Source of the DNA: Gemmatimonadota bacterium
GTDB lineage: Bacteria; Gemmatimonadota; Gemmatimonadetes; Palauibacterales; Palauibacteraceae
Direction: 5' to 3'
Length of the DNA: 64,000 nucleotides
Assembly (NCBI GenBank): GCA_965116475.1
Contig: OZ220691.1
Location: forward strand, 2,016,001-2,080,000
Below, piece by piece: positions 28,007-36,880 of this stretch. A program made the translations under genes and the position numbers. A model generated the notes under the pieces. The model saw nothing but the letters and a program-made list of their open reading frames with translations. It did not search any database and was not told where the DNA came from. How positions within the stretch are numbered: position 1 is the first letter of the stretch; every line of letters starts with the position of its first letter.

Positions 28007-29866
28007 ATGAATAATCGCGTAAGACACCTGACGTGGACCGGGCTGCTGCTGGCCGGCCTCACGATCGTGGACGGCGCCCCCTGGCGCGCCGCGCTGCCCG
28101 TGCTCGGGGCGGAGACCCTTGCCGCGCAGACCGTCCAGCAGGAGGAGGTGGCGCGATTCCTCGAGGCGCGCCGCGCCATCAACGCGGAGGAGTTCGAACG
28201 CGCGGTGGCCCTCTTCCAGGCGGTACGGACCGAATCCCCGCTCGTGACGCCCCGGTTCGAGCCCGATTCCTACTACTGGGAGGCGTTCGCCCGCTATCGC
28301 CTCGGCGACCTGGCCGAGGCTCGGTTGCTGCTCGAAATACTGATGGTCGGATTTTCCGAGGCGCGGCCGCCCGAGGCTCGCCAGGGCAATCGCCAAGCCA
28401 GGGAAGCCGGGCGGCTGTACCACGACGCGCGGGCCCTGGACTTCGAGATCCGGAGCCAGCTCGCGTCCCAGGGCGACGCCGGCGATGCGGAGCGGCTGCT
28501 GCGCGAAGCGGAGGAAACCCTCGATGTCGCCGCCACGACGCCCGGCTTTCGCGTGATGCCCATGCAGGTGGGGGACCGCACCCTCACGCTTCCCGTGCGA
28601 GTGGCCGACCTGACGGCTGTGCCGGACTCGGTGGCCGCCGACTCGCTGGCCGACGCCCAGGGCGAGCCGGACGCACGGGGCGAGCCGGACGCACAGGACC
28701 CGGAGGACTACCTCCGGCGACTGGCGGAGTCCTCGGAGAGCATCACCGATTTCGAGCGGCAGGTTGCGGACTACGCGCGGCTGGCCTCGGACGTCGATTT
28801 GCTGCAGGCCGACTGGCACCGGGCGGAATACCAGGAGGCGCTGCGCGCCGCGTCGCAGGAGCGGGGGACGTGCGATGACGTGTCGGTGCAGTTGGCGGCG
28901 CTCGAAGCGGTCATGCGCTACGAGAACGAGATCAACCGGATGCAGGTGCTTCGCGACGTCCTGGACCGTGACGACGAGTGTGCGACGCGGCTTCACGAGG
29001 AAGCGGTCGGACTCATCGCGAGAGAGGGAACCGGGGAAGCCGAGGACGTTCTCCTCGGCATCTTCGAGACCCATTCGGAGAGATCCGTTCGCAGGCACGC
29101 GCTGCAGGAAATGTGGCGTTTCAACTCCTGGGATGCGTACCAGGTGCTCAAGCAGACGCTCGAGGACTCGGACGACTACGCCATGCAGAGCGATGTGATC
29201 GAAGCCCTCCGCAGGAGTACGTTCGAGGGGACGACGACCGGCGCCGCGTGGATGCAGTATGGCCTCCGCAACGGCGCCGTGAATGCGCTCGTCAACGCGG
29301 CCCTCGATGATTCCAAGTCGGAGAGTATCCGCAACGCGGCGATCAGAGCGGTGGGCCGTCGGGATGACGTGCAAGCCGCCGCTTTCATTCCGCTCTACGA
29401 ACGACTCGATGCGGATGACCTCAAGGAGTCCGTGCTCCGGGCCGTGCAACGAAAGGTGCGCGAAGAAGCGGACATGGAGACGGCCGCCTGGGCGCGCTCG
29501 GTCGCCTTCGACACGGAGGAGTCCGAAGACGTGCGCGAGGAAGCCTTCACCGCGTGGGCGGGTCACCCGACGGTGACGGTGGCGTACCTCGCCGACCTCT
29601 ACGGGGAGATTTCGGAGCCCTTCCTGAAGATGCAGGCCATCTACGCCATCTTCGAGCGGGCCGATGCCGACTCCGACGCCCCTCGGGTCCTGATGGAACT
29701 GATCCGGGACGAACCGAACCACGAGGTGCGGGAACGCGGTATCTACTGGCTCGGCCGCACGGGATCCGAGGATGCGGTGGACTTCCTCCTCGAATTGCTG
29801 CGTCCCCCGGTCGCCGATACGCTGCCGCCTGCCGCCACCGATACCGTGCCGAAGCGCCCCGGTTGA
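28007..29866 (+). CDS. Secreted HEAT-repeat protein
   Basis: SD GGAGG; signal peptide; TPR-like start (YYWEAFARYRLG); HEAT repeats (VRRHAL, IRNAAI, VREEAF, VRERGIYWLG). Confidence 0.8.
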   Translation: MNNRVRHLTWTGLLLAGLTIVDGAPWRAALPVLGAETLAAQTVQQEEVARFLEARRAINAEEFERAVALFQAVRTESPLVTPRFEPDSYYWEAFARYRLGDLAEARLLLEILMVGFSEARPPEARQGNRQAREAGRLYHDARALDFEIRSQLASQGDAGDAERLLREAEETLDVAATTPGFRVMPMQVGDRTLTLPVRVADLTAVPDSVAADSLADAQGEPDARGEPDAQDPEDYLRRLAESSESITDFERQVADYARLASDVDLLQADWHRAEYQEALRAASQERGTCDDVSVQLAALEAVMRYENEINRMQVLRDVLDRDDECATRLHEEAVGLIAREGTGEAEDVLLGIFETHSERSVRRHALQEMWRFNSWDAYQVLKQTLEDSDDYAMQSDVIEALRRSTFEGTTTGAAWMQYGLRNGAVNALVNAALDDSKSESIRNAAIRAVGRRDDVQAAAFIPLYERLDADDLKESVLRAVQRKVREEADMETAAWARSVAFDTEESEDVREEAFTAWAGHPTVTVAYLADLYGEISEPFLKMQAIYAIFERADADSDAPRVLMELIRDEPNHEVRERGIYWLGRTGSEDAVDFLLELLRPPVADTLPPAATDTVPKRPG

Positions 29867-29880
29867 GGCGCGGCAGCGGT

Positions 29881-31131
29881 GTGAGGCGGGGCCGCGGCGC
29901 CTTTCCGCTGCTGGCCGCGGTCGCCACGCTGGGCTGCGATTCGGCGGGGGCGCCGGCGGGAACGCTGCACTCGGATTCGTCCGGTGTGGCGGTCGCCACG
30001 GCCGTCGAGCCGACTTGGGAACCCGGCGAAGGCTGGACCGTGGGCGAGCCGCCGCTGCTCCAGATCGGGACCGCGATCGGAGATCCCGACTACCAGCTCG
30101 ACGGTATCGTAGGCGCGGTTCGTTTGAGTTCCGGAGACATCGTCCTCGGCGACGGGGGCTCCGGCGAACTCCGCCGCTACGATCCCGACGGGACCTTCGT
30201 ATGGCGCGCGGCCGGAGAAGGCGAAGGCCCTGGAGAACACCAGTTCCTCTCCTTCCTCGGCACGCTCGCCGGCGACTCCCTGGTTTCGTACGACCTCGCG
30301 CTGCAACGCGTACAGATCTTCGACGCGGAGGGTGAACTCGTCCGCACGCTCCCCATCGAGTCGCCTTGGCGGGGATCCATGCCGCGGCGGGCGCTCGGCG
30401 TCTCGGGCCGCCATCTCGTCATGTCCTTCGCGGATCGTACCGAGATCCCGGAGGGAGGGATCGTGAGATGGCCCCACATCAGGGTCGCAACGGTCGACCT
30501 CGCCGACGGAGCGATCGAGGCGGTCTCGGACTTCCCTGGCGCCGAGCAGGTGATAGAGGACTACGGCGAGAGCGTCGCCTTTGTGGCCTACGACTTCGGG
30601 AAGGGGCCGCGGTTCGCCGTCGCCGCCGGGAGGCTCGCGGCCGTCGATACGGAGGCCTTTCGGATACGATCAATCTCCCTCGGAGACGGCGGGACCGAGC
30701 AGATCCTCCGCCGCGACATTGCGCCCACTCCGGTCACGAGCGCCCACGTGGACGCGGAGATCGAGGAGTACATCGAGACGAACGTGACCTACGGCGGCGT
30801 TTCCCGCGAACAGGCGGAGGAGATGGGGCGGCGTCGGCGCGACGATCCCAGAGCGGCGACGCTCCCGGTTCTGCGTTCCATCCGGCTCGATGAGACGGGG
30901 AATCTCTGGGTGGAGCCATTCTTCGGCGCCGGGATCGACGTCGGGCCCTTCGAGGTCTTCGCTGTGGACGGCACCTGGCTGGGCGCCGTCTCCCTTCCGT
31001 CCGGGTTGCGCCGAGGGTTCACCGCCGACATGGCCCCCGGCCTCGAGATCGGCGACGACTACCTGCTCGGGGTATGGACCGACGCGCAGGGCGTCGAATA
31101 CGTCCGCCTCTATTCCCTGGACAAGTCATGA
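29881..31131 (+). CDS. 6-bladed beta-propeller lipoprotein #1
   Basis: Lipobox LGC; GEGEGPGE; GNLWV; EIGDDYLLGV..D..GVEYV. Confidence 0.75.
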   Translation: MRRGRGAFPLLAAVATLGCDSAGAPAGTLHSDSSGVAVATAVEPTWEPGEGWTVGEPPLLQIGTAIGDPDYQLDGIVGAVRLSSGDIVLGDGGSGELRRYDPDGTFVWRAAGEGEGPGEHQFLSFLGTLAGDSLVSYDLALQRVQIFDAEGELVRTLPIESPWRGSMPRRALGVSGRHLVMSFADRTEIPEGGIVRWPHIRVATVDLADGAIEAVSDFPGAEQVIEDYGESVAFVAYDFGKGPRFAVAAGRLAAVDTEAFRIRSISLGDGGTEQILRRDIAPTPVTSAHVDAEIEEYIETNVTYGGVSREQAEEMGRRRRDDPRAATLPVLRSIRLDETGNLWVEPFFGAGIDVGPFEVFAVDGTWLGAVSLPSGLRRGFTADMAPGLEIGDDYLLGVWTDAQGVEYVRLYSLDKS

Positions 31132-32237
31132 TGATCGGCGTTCCGTGGATCCGTGGAGTTGCGCGGCTTCCCCTTCTGGCCTTCGCCGCCGCCTGCGGTC
31201 GCGGCGACGCCGCGGACCCGGGTGTTTTCACGCCCGAACTCATCAGCACGGCGGCCGTGCCGCTGAGCGAGAGCGAGGAAGTGGCGCTGCTCGCGGACGA
31301 GCGCACGGCCTGCGTCATCGACTCCTACGAAGGGCAGGTCCGCTGCGTGGACGGAGGAGGCGGCGTCGTCGGTGTCTTCGGGCGCGAAGGCGAGGGCCCC
31401 GGCGAGTTCATCGATCCCGCGTATCTCACCCGTGGAGAGGCGGGAACCGTCGGCGTGGTCGATTCCGACCTGGGCCGCTTCACGGTCTTCGAGCCATCGG
31501 GCGCCTGGGTGTCGGATGTGATGCTGCCGGAAGTGTTCCAGCCCTTCCCATCGTTCGGCGCCGCGGTTTCGGGCGTGTCGCTGGACTACATGGTAATGCT
31601 GGGCCGGATGTCCGGATCGCTGATGACCCGGTACGACGTGGACCTCGCCTCCGGGGCAGTCGTGGGGCAGGAAGAGTCGCCGCCCGGGCCGTGGGACATC
31701 GAGTGCGAGCAAGTCGTCCACGGCATCCCGGACCCGGCCGGGGGCTGGACGTTCGTGGCCTGCGAGGGGCACCTGATCTTCGTCGGCGACACCGGCGACG
31801 CCACAGTGCTCCGCGCGCCCATGTACGTCCCGGAACTCCCGAACGAACTCGACGTGGCGCGGAGGGAAGAGGAACTCCTGGCACTCAACCGGTCGCAGGG
31901 TTTCCCGCGCACGCCCGCCATCGACGAGGGGCTGGAGCGCTATCGCGCCACGCCGAAGAACTACTACGTGAGCGCGGGCGAGCAGTTGTTCGACGCCGCC
32001 AACCGCTACTGGATCGCCACCCAGCGCGACCAGCACGAATGGTCCTGGCTGGACGTGTACGAGGATGCCGCATACCTCGGGTCGGTGCGGGTCCGGGATC
32101 GGCTCCGCGCCTTCGACCTCCTCGGGTCGACCCTGGTCGTGCTGGCCGACCGGCAGCTCGGGCCGGACGATGGCGACGGGATTCCCGATCGAGCCCTCGA
32201 CTGGTACGACATCGCAGACCTGCCCTTCGCGCGGTGA
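31128..32237 (+). CDS. 6-bladed beta-propeller lipoprotein #2
   Basis: Lipobox AAAC; FGREGEGPGEF. Confidence 0.72.
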   Translation: MMIGVPWIRGVARLPLLAFAAACGRGDAADPGVFTPELISTAAVPLSESEEVALLADERTACVIDSYEGQVRCVDGGGGVVGVFGREGEGPGEFIDPAYLTRGEAGTVGVVDSDLGRFTVFEPSGAWVSDVMLPEVFQPFPSFGAAVSGVSLDYMVMLGRMSGSLMTRYDVDLASGAVVGQEESPPGPWDIECEQVVHGIPDPAGGWTFVACEGHLIFVGDTGDATVLRAPMYVPELPNELDVARREEELLALNRSQGFPRTPAIDEGLERYRATPKNYYVSAGEQLFDAANRYWIATQRDQHEWSWLDVYEDAAYLGSVRVRDRLRAFDLLGSTLVVLADRQLGPDDGDGIPDRALDWYDIADLPFAR

Positions 32238-33460
32238 GGCCCTGCGCACAGCTGCCGAGCCGCATTCCGACACTGGGTCGCATACCGATCCTGATGGCGG
32301 CCCTCGCCGCTTGCGGGGGAGACCCCGGGCGCACCGACGACGTCGGGGTCCAGGTCCGGGACAGCGCCGGGGTGCGGATCGTCGAGTACGCCGGCCATCC
32401 AGCCATCGAGGCGCCCTTCGCCCTCGCGGCGGAGCCGTTGTACCGACACGGCGCGGACCCCGGCGATTACGGATTCCAGTTCGTCGACGCCGGCCGGCTC
32501 CTGCCGGATGGAAGCGCGATCATTGCCTGGTACAGCGGCATGGTCGTCCTGAGTCCGGACGGCACGACGCAAGAGGTGCTCGCCACCGCCGGAGAGGGAC
32601 CGGGCGAAGTCATCTCCCCCCACGCGGTGTTCGTCCTGGGTCGGGACAGCGTCCTCGTGCCCGATGATCGTCTGTCTCGCCTGACGCTCTTCGTCGGCGA
32701 CTCGGTCGCGCGCATCTCGAGCCTCCCCCGGGCGGGGCACCTCGGTGTGGCCGGGATCGGCTCAGCCGGCGAACTGCTGCTCCGGGACCGACACCCCGCC
32801 AGCCTCTGGATCGACATCGACACCGAGTGGCTCGCCGGGCACATGACCCGGTTCGATATCGAAACCGGCGCCCTCGACACGGTCGCGTCGTACGACCACT
32901 TCCCGAGTCAGCGGTCGGGGGAGGAGTCCCCGATCATCCGACCCATGGGCGAGGTCACGGTGGCTGCGGGGCAGTTCGTCTACACCCGGTCCGACAGGCC
33001 CGAGATCTCCTGGCGTCGGCCGGACGGCACCGTAACCCGGATCGTGCGCTGGCGGCCCGAGCCCAACCTGCTGACCGGGGAAGCTCTGGAGCACGTCGAG
33101 GCCTACCTGCAGATGCTGTACCGCAGGCACCGTGTAGGGTCCGAAGCTTGGCGCGACGAGATCATCCAGGAAGACCTGGCCCAGTATCGCGCCATGATCG
33201 GCCAGCCGGTGCCGTTCTTCGGCACCCCCTTCGCCGACGCCGACGGCAACGTATGGCTGCCCTCCTACCGTCCCGCCTACCCGGAGGAGGGCTCCCCCTA
33301 CACCGTCATCTCCCCCGACGGCGAGTGGCTGGGCACAGTCGAGACCCCACCCCGCTTCCGAATCCTCGACGTGACCGGCAACCGCCTCCTCGCCGTCCTC
33401 CGCGACAACCTGGACATAGAAAGCGTCGCCGTATACGACCTGACCCCGAGCCCCCGATAG
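32234..33460 (+). CDS. 6-bladed beta-propeller lipoprotein #3 (start may be 32294)
   Basis: LAACGG; VRDSAGV; GEGPGE; DADGNVWL; PDGEWLGTV. Confidence 0.75.
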   Translation: MRPCAQLPSRIPTLGRIPILMAALAACGGDPGRTDDVGVQVRDSAGVRIVEYAGHPAIEAPFALAAEPLYRHGADPGDYGFQFVDAGRLLPDGSAIIAWYSGMVVLSPDGTTQEVLATAGEGPGEVISPHAVFVLGRDSVLVPDDRLSRLTLFVGDSVARISSLPRAGHLGVAGIGSAGELLLRDRHPASLWIDIDTEWLAGHMTRFDIETGALDTVASYDHFPSQRSGEESPIIRPMGEVTVAAGQFVYTRSDRPEISWRRPDGTVTRIVRWRPEPNLLTGEALEHVEAYLQMLYRRHRVGSEAWRDEIIQEDLAQYRAMIGQPVPFFGTPFADADGNVWLPSYRPAYPEEGSPYTVISPDGEWLGTVETPPRFRILDVTGNRLLAVLRDNLDIESVAVYDLTPSPR

Positions 33461-33476
33461 GCGCCGCTGACCAGCG

Positions 33477-34190
33477 TCATTCGATGATCACCTCAGCCTG
33501 AACACGGAAATCGGCTACGCCCTTGTCGAGCACCGTCGGCAGTGGAGAGTGCTCCTTCAGGGTCGTCGCCAAGTCGGGGTTGATCCAGGCTATCGTTTCG
33601 AGGATGTCCTGATGGCTTCGGTTGAGGTTCCGGTCCCAGACGGCCTCATGGTGAGAGACGCGGTTACGCAGGTCGCGGAGTGGATCCAGGGCGTGGAAGA
33701 TCCGGCTGCGCGTGCGCTTCGCTTCGGGTAGATGCGGGAATCCCCGCGTCGCCAGTCCGGGCCAGAGGCGTGGCCCGCCGGCGCGCCCCTGTTCGTAAGG
33801 CGTCCTGCACAGGCTTACCCAGAAACCGAACCCCAAGGCCGAGACAAGCCGGCCTTCGGTCATCGTGCGGTTTCGCTTCGCGATCGTCTTCTTTGCCTTC
33901 TCGACGGCCAAACGCTCGTGGTCAGCAAGCAGCGAAGGTCGAGCATCGAGCCAACACGGAACCTTGTCGAAACTGAGGCTGGCCTCATCTACGATCCTCT
34001 TGGAAATCCTGAAGAGGCGGTTTCGGACGGTAATCTCGAGGGTGTGAAGCGCCGGTTGGAGAGCGCTGCACAGCGCGAGGTTCCACAGGTACCTCGCCAC
34101 GCTGTCGACTTCGTCGGCGTCGCCGGGCAGCGCGTAGGCTTTCAGCCGCTCCGCTGAGAGCGCGCTTCGAAGGCTTCCGATGGATAGCAT
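33477..34190 (-). CDS. Abi_2 / AbiD-AbiF-like HEPN ribonuclease
   Basis: LSAERL..Y, YLWN..L..AL...L..LEI.VRN, LGFGFW, HEPN Rx4H motif LRNRVSHHE. Lower GC than flanks; SD GGAG. Confidence 0.85.
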   Translation of the reverse strand: MLSIGSLRSALSAERLKAYALPGDADEVDSVARYLWNLALCSALQPALHTLEITVRNRLFRISKRIVDEASLSFDKVPCWLDARPSLLADHERLAVEKAKKTIAKRNRTMTEGRLVSALGFGFWVSLCRTPYEQGRAGGPRLWPGLATRGFPHLPEAKRTRSRIFHALDPLRDLRNRVSHHEAVWDRNLNRSHQDILETIAWINPDLATTLKEHSPLPTVLDKGVADFRVQAEVIIE

Positions 34191-34299
34191 ACCAACTCCG
34201 CAAGTTGCGTTATGGGTGAGAGTTCGCGATACTTCATGCGTAATTCCTCAGGTCGTCCTCTACTGCTAAAGGCCTTCGGGTGCAGAAAGACGCTGGGGT

Positions 34300-34335
34300 A
34301 AGGGCCCTGGGGGCGTTTTCGTCCCCGGGGCTCTT
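34300..34335. ncRNA. Hairpin in the Abi upstream region (candidate RNA antitoxin or leader)
   Basis: AAGGGCCCTGGGGGCG-TTTT-CGTCCCCGGGGCTCTT forms a 16-bp stem with three G-U pairs on +. A minus-strand TACACT -10 lies at 34349-34354. Confidence 0.4.
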
Positions 34336-34400
34336 GGGTTAAGGGAAGAGTGTAGCGGTCCCGGAGCCTCCACCTCGCGCTCGCGGGGCCGCCCGCCGTC

Positions 34401-34435
34401 CGCGCAACCAAGGCGTCGTTGATCGTGTCTCCGGT
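34401..34435 (+). promoter_or_regulatory. Second copy of the ECF-type promoter, in front of propeller #4
   Basis: CGCGCAACCAA-N13-GTGTCTCCGGT matches 26248-26282. Confidence 0.6.
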
Positions 34436-34479
34436 TCGGTGCGGCTGAACCGACCCCGCCTTCCTTCCCTGGACACGTC

Positions 34480-35712
34480 ATGACAATCCGAATCGCGCGA
34501 ACGATGCGAACGATGCGGACGCTGCGGGCCACGCCCGCGCTCATCCTCGGCTCCCTCTCCGCGGCGTGCGGAGGCGACGGCGGCGGAGGCCTGCAAAGCA
34601 CGGTGCGTGACAGCGCCGGGGTCACGATCGTCGAGAACGGGCGGCCCGCGCTCGACTCGCGGCTGGGGTGGCGAGTCGGGCCGGAAGCCACCGTGTCGAT
34701 CGGGACGGCGGAGGGCGACCCCGCGTACGAACTCTTCCGGGTCGGCGGCGCGATGCGGCTTTCGGACAGGCGGATCGTGGTCGCCAACGCGGGGACCGGG
34801 GAGCTTCGCGTGTACGACCCGAACGGCGTCCACCTCACGTCGTGGGGCGGTCAGGGCGACGGTCCCGGCGAATTCGGAGCCATGGCTCCAGGTGGGGTGG
34901 CATCGTGGCCGGGCGACTCGCTGATGGCCAGAGATTCCTTCCGCGGCCGGATCTCCATCTTCTCCGCCGATGGCACGTTCGGCCGCGCCCTCCGGCTGCA
35001 GGGCGGCTACCAGCGGGTGGTCGGCCCGCTCCCGGACGGGAGCGTCTTCGCGGCCACACTCACGCGGTTCGAGCGCGGGGAGCCGGGCACCTCGGAGATC
35101 GTCCGGCAGGACCTGGAGTATGGGATCCTCCGAGCGGACGGGAGCGTGCGGCGGGACCTGGGCGCGTACCGCGGATCGGAACTGTACTTCGTCAACACGG
35201 CCGAGGGGTCGCCGTTCCCCCGCCCCTATCCCTTTGATCGCAACGCCTTCGACTTCGTGTGGGGAGATGGTGTCGTCATCACCACCAATGACCGGTACGA
35301 GATTCGCGCCTATCGGGCGGACGGGTCGCTGGCGAGGATCGTCCGCCGCGACCACGACGTCCGCGCTCCGACCCGGGGCGACCTGCGCGACTACGTGGCC
35401 CGGCAGAACCCCGACCGGCCCGAGGCGCTGGACGAGGTCGGCGACATGCCGCTCGTCGAGGCGTTCCCCGCCTTCGCCTCGGTGCACGTCGACCGGCTGG
35501 GTTACCTCTGGGTCCGGGAATACCGGCTTCCGGGAGAGAGGCACCGGCTGTGGACCGTGTTCGATCCGGAGGGTCGCGTCCTCGGCCTCGTGGAGATGCC
35601 GGGGAGCTTCTCCGTCGAGGAGATCGGCGAGGACTACATCCTCGGCACGCGGCGTGACGAACTCGATGTCGAGTACGTGGAGTCCTGGCCCCTCGACCGC
35701 TCCGGCTCATGA
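34480..35712 (+). CDS. 6-bladed beta-propeller lipoprotein #4
   Basis: LSAACGG; VRDSAGVTIVEN; GQGDGPGEF; EEIGEDYILG..RDELDVEYV. Confidence 0.8.
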   Translation: MTIRIARTMRTMRTLRATPALILGSLSAACGGDGGGGLQSTVRDSAGVTIVENGRPALDSRLGWRVGPEATVSIGTAEGDPAYELFRVGGAMRLSDRRIVVANAGTGELRVYDPNGVHLTSWGGQGDGPGEFGAMAPGGVASWPGDSLMARDSFRGRISIFSADGTFGRALRLQGGYQRVVGPLPDGSVFAATLTRFERGEPGTSEIVRQDLEYGILRADGSVRRDLGAYRGSELYFVNTAEGSPFPRPYPFDRNAFDFVWGDGVVITTNDRYEIRAYRADGSLARIVRRDHDVRAPTRGDLRDYVARQNPDRPEALDEVGDMPLVEAFPAFASVHVDRLGYLWVREYRLPGERHRLWTVFDPEGRVLGLVEMPGSFSVEEIGEDYILGTRRDELDVEYVESWPLDRSGS

Positions 35713-36857
35713 GGTCCGCAATTCCGCTCACGGTCGCGCCGCTCACGGTCGCGCTGCTCGCGGGCGTCGCCGCTTGCGCGGATGAAGATGACACTCCCGC
35801 GCCGCCGCCCGAGATCCCGGTCTTCGAGGGCGTGATCGACCTGGAGGTCGGCGAGATCGAGGGGGAAGACCCCTACCTCTTCACGAGAATCGGCTCCGTC
35901 GTGGCGGACGACCGCGGGCGGGTGATCGTCGCGGACTACCAGACGCACGAGGTACGGGTGTTCGAGGCCGACGGGCGCTTCGCCTTCCGTCTGGGAGGCC
36001 AGGGGGACGGTCCCGGCGAGCTGACGAACCCCTGCTGCATGACACTCGGACCCAACGGCCTCCTGTGGGTGCGGGAGAGCGCTCGCTACAGCGCATTCAG
36101 GCTCGGCGACGACGGCGCGGAGTACGCACGCAGCCTGAGGAGCGTGAACGCCTCCTTCAACCTGGTCGCTCCGGTCACCTTCGACGCGGAGGGCCGGCTC
36201 GTCGACCTCGGCACGGCGGCCGGCGAAACCCGGCTCACGCGCTTCCACCTGGGTCCGGGCATGGCCGTGGACACGGTCCCGATGGCGACGGCCGAGGAGC
36301 AGGCCACCGGCTTCAGCCCCGTCGATATCAGGATAGGAGACCAGGCTGCCACGTTCTTCCTCTACCAGCCCTTCGGTCCGCTGTGGATTCACGGACACGG
36401 GCCGGGCGGCCGGTGGGCCACGGCCGTCAGTTCCGCGTACGCGATCGCGCTCCACCATCCCGACGGGAGCACGTCGCGGATCGAGGCGCCGCTGCAGGGA
36501 CCGGAGTTGAGTCCGGATGAGCGCCGCCGGGCGCAGGCTCAAATCGACCGGGAGAAGGAGAGGTTCGACCTGCGCGACCACCCGTTCGGGGTCCCCGACC
36601 GCAAGCCGGTCCTGGCCGAACTCTTTTTCGACCGCGCCGGTCGGCTGTGGGTGGAGAAGACGGGAATCGACGGAGATGAGATGCGCGAGGCCGACGTCTA
36701 CCGTGAGGGCGCCCTGGAGGCCCGGTACCGCTGGCCGCGCCGCGTCGAACACCTCGCCTATCCCGCCTGGGCCACCGAGACGGAACTCTACGGCACGACG
36801 CGCGACTCCCTCGACGTCTGGCGCGCCGCCCGCGTCCGCTTCACCCGAATCCCGTAG
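35709..36857 (+). CDS. 6-bladed beta-propeller lipoprotein #5
   Basis: VAAC lipobox; LGGQGDGPGE; FDRAGRLWV. Confidence 0.78.
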   Translation: MRSAIPLTVAPLTVALLAGVAACADEDDTPAPPPEIPVFEGVIDLEVGEIEGEDPYLFTRIGSVVADDRGRVIVADYQTHEVRVFEADGRFAFRLGGQGDGPGELTNPCCMTLGPNGLLWVRESARYSAFRLGDDGAEYARSLRSVNASFNLVAPVTFDAEGRLVDLGTAAGETRLTRFHLGPGMAVDTVPMATAEEQATGFSPVDIRIGDQAATFFLYQPFGPLWIHGHGPGGRWATAVSSAYAIALHHPDGSTSRIEAPLQGPELSPDERRRAQAQIDREKERFDLRDHPFGVPDRKPVLAELFFDRAGRLWVEKTGIDGDEMREADVYREGALEARYRWPRRVEHLAYPAWATETELYGTTRDSLDVWRAARVRFTRIP

Positions 36858-36880
36858 CGGGAGAAACGCATGAGGAACGC

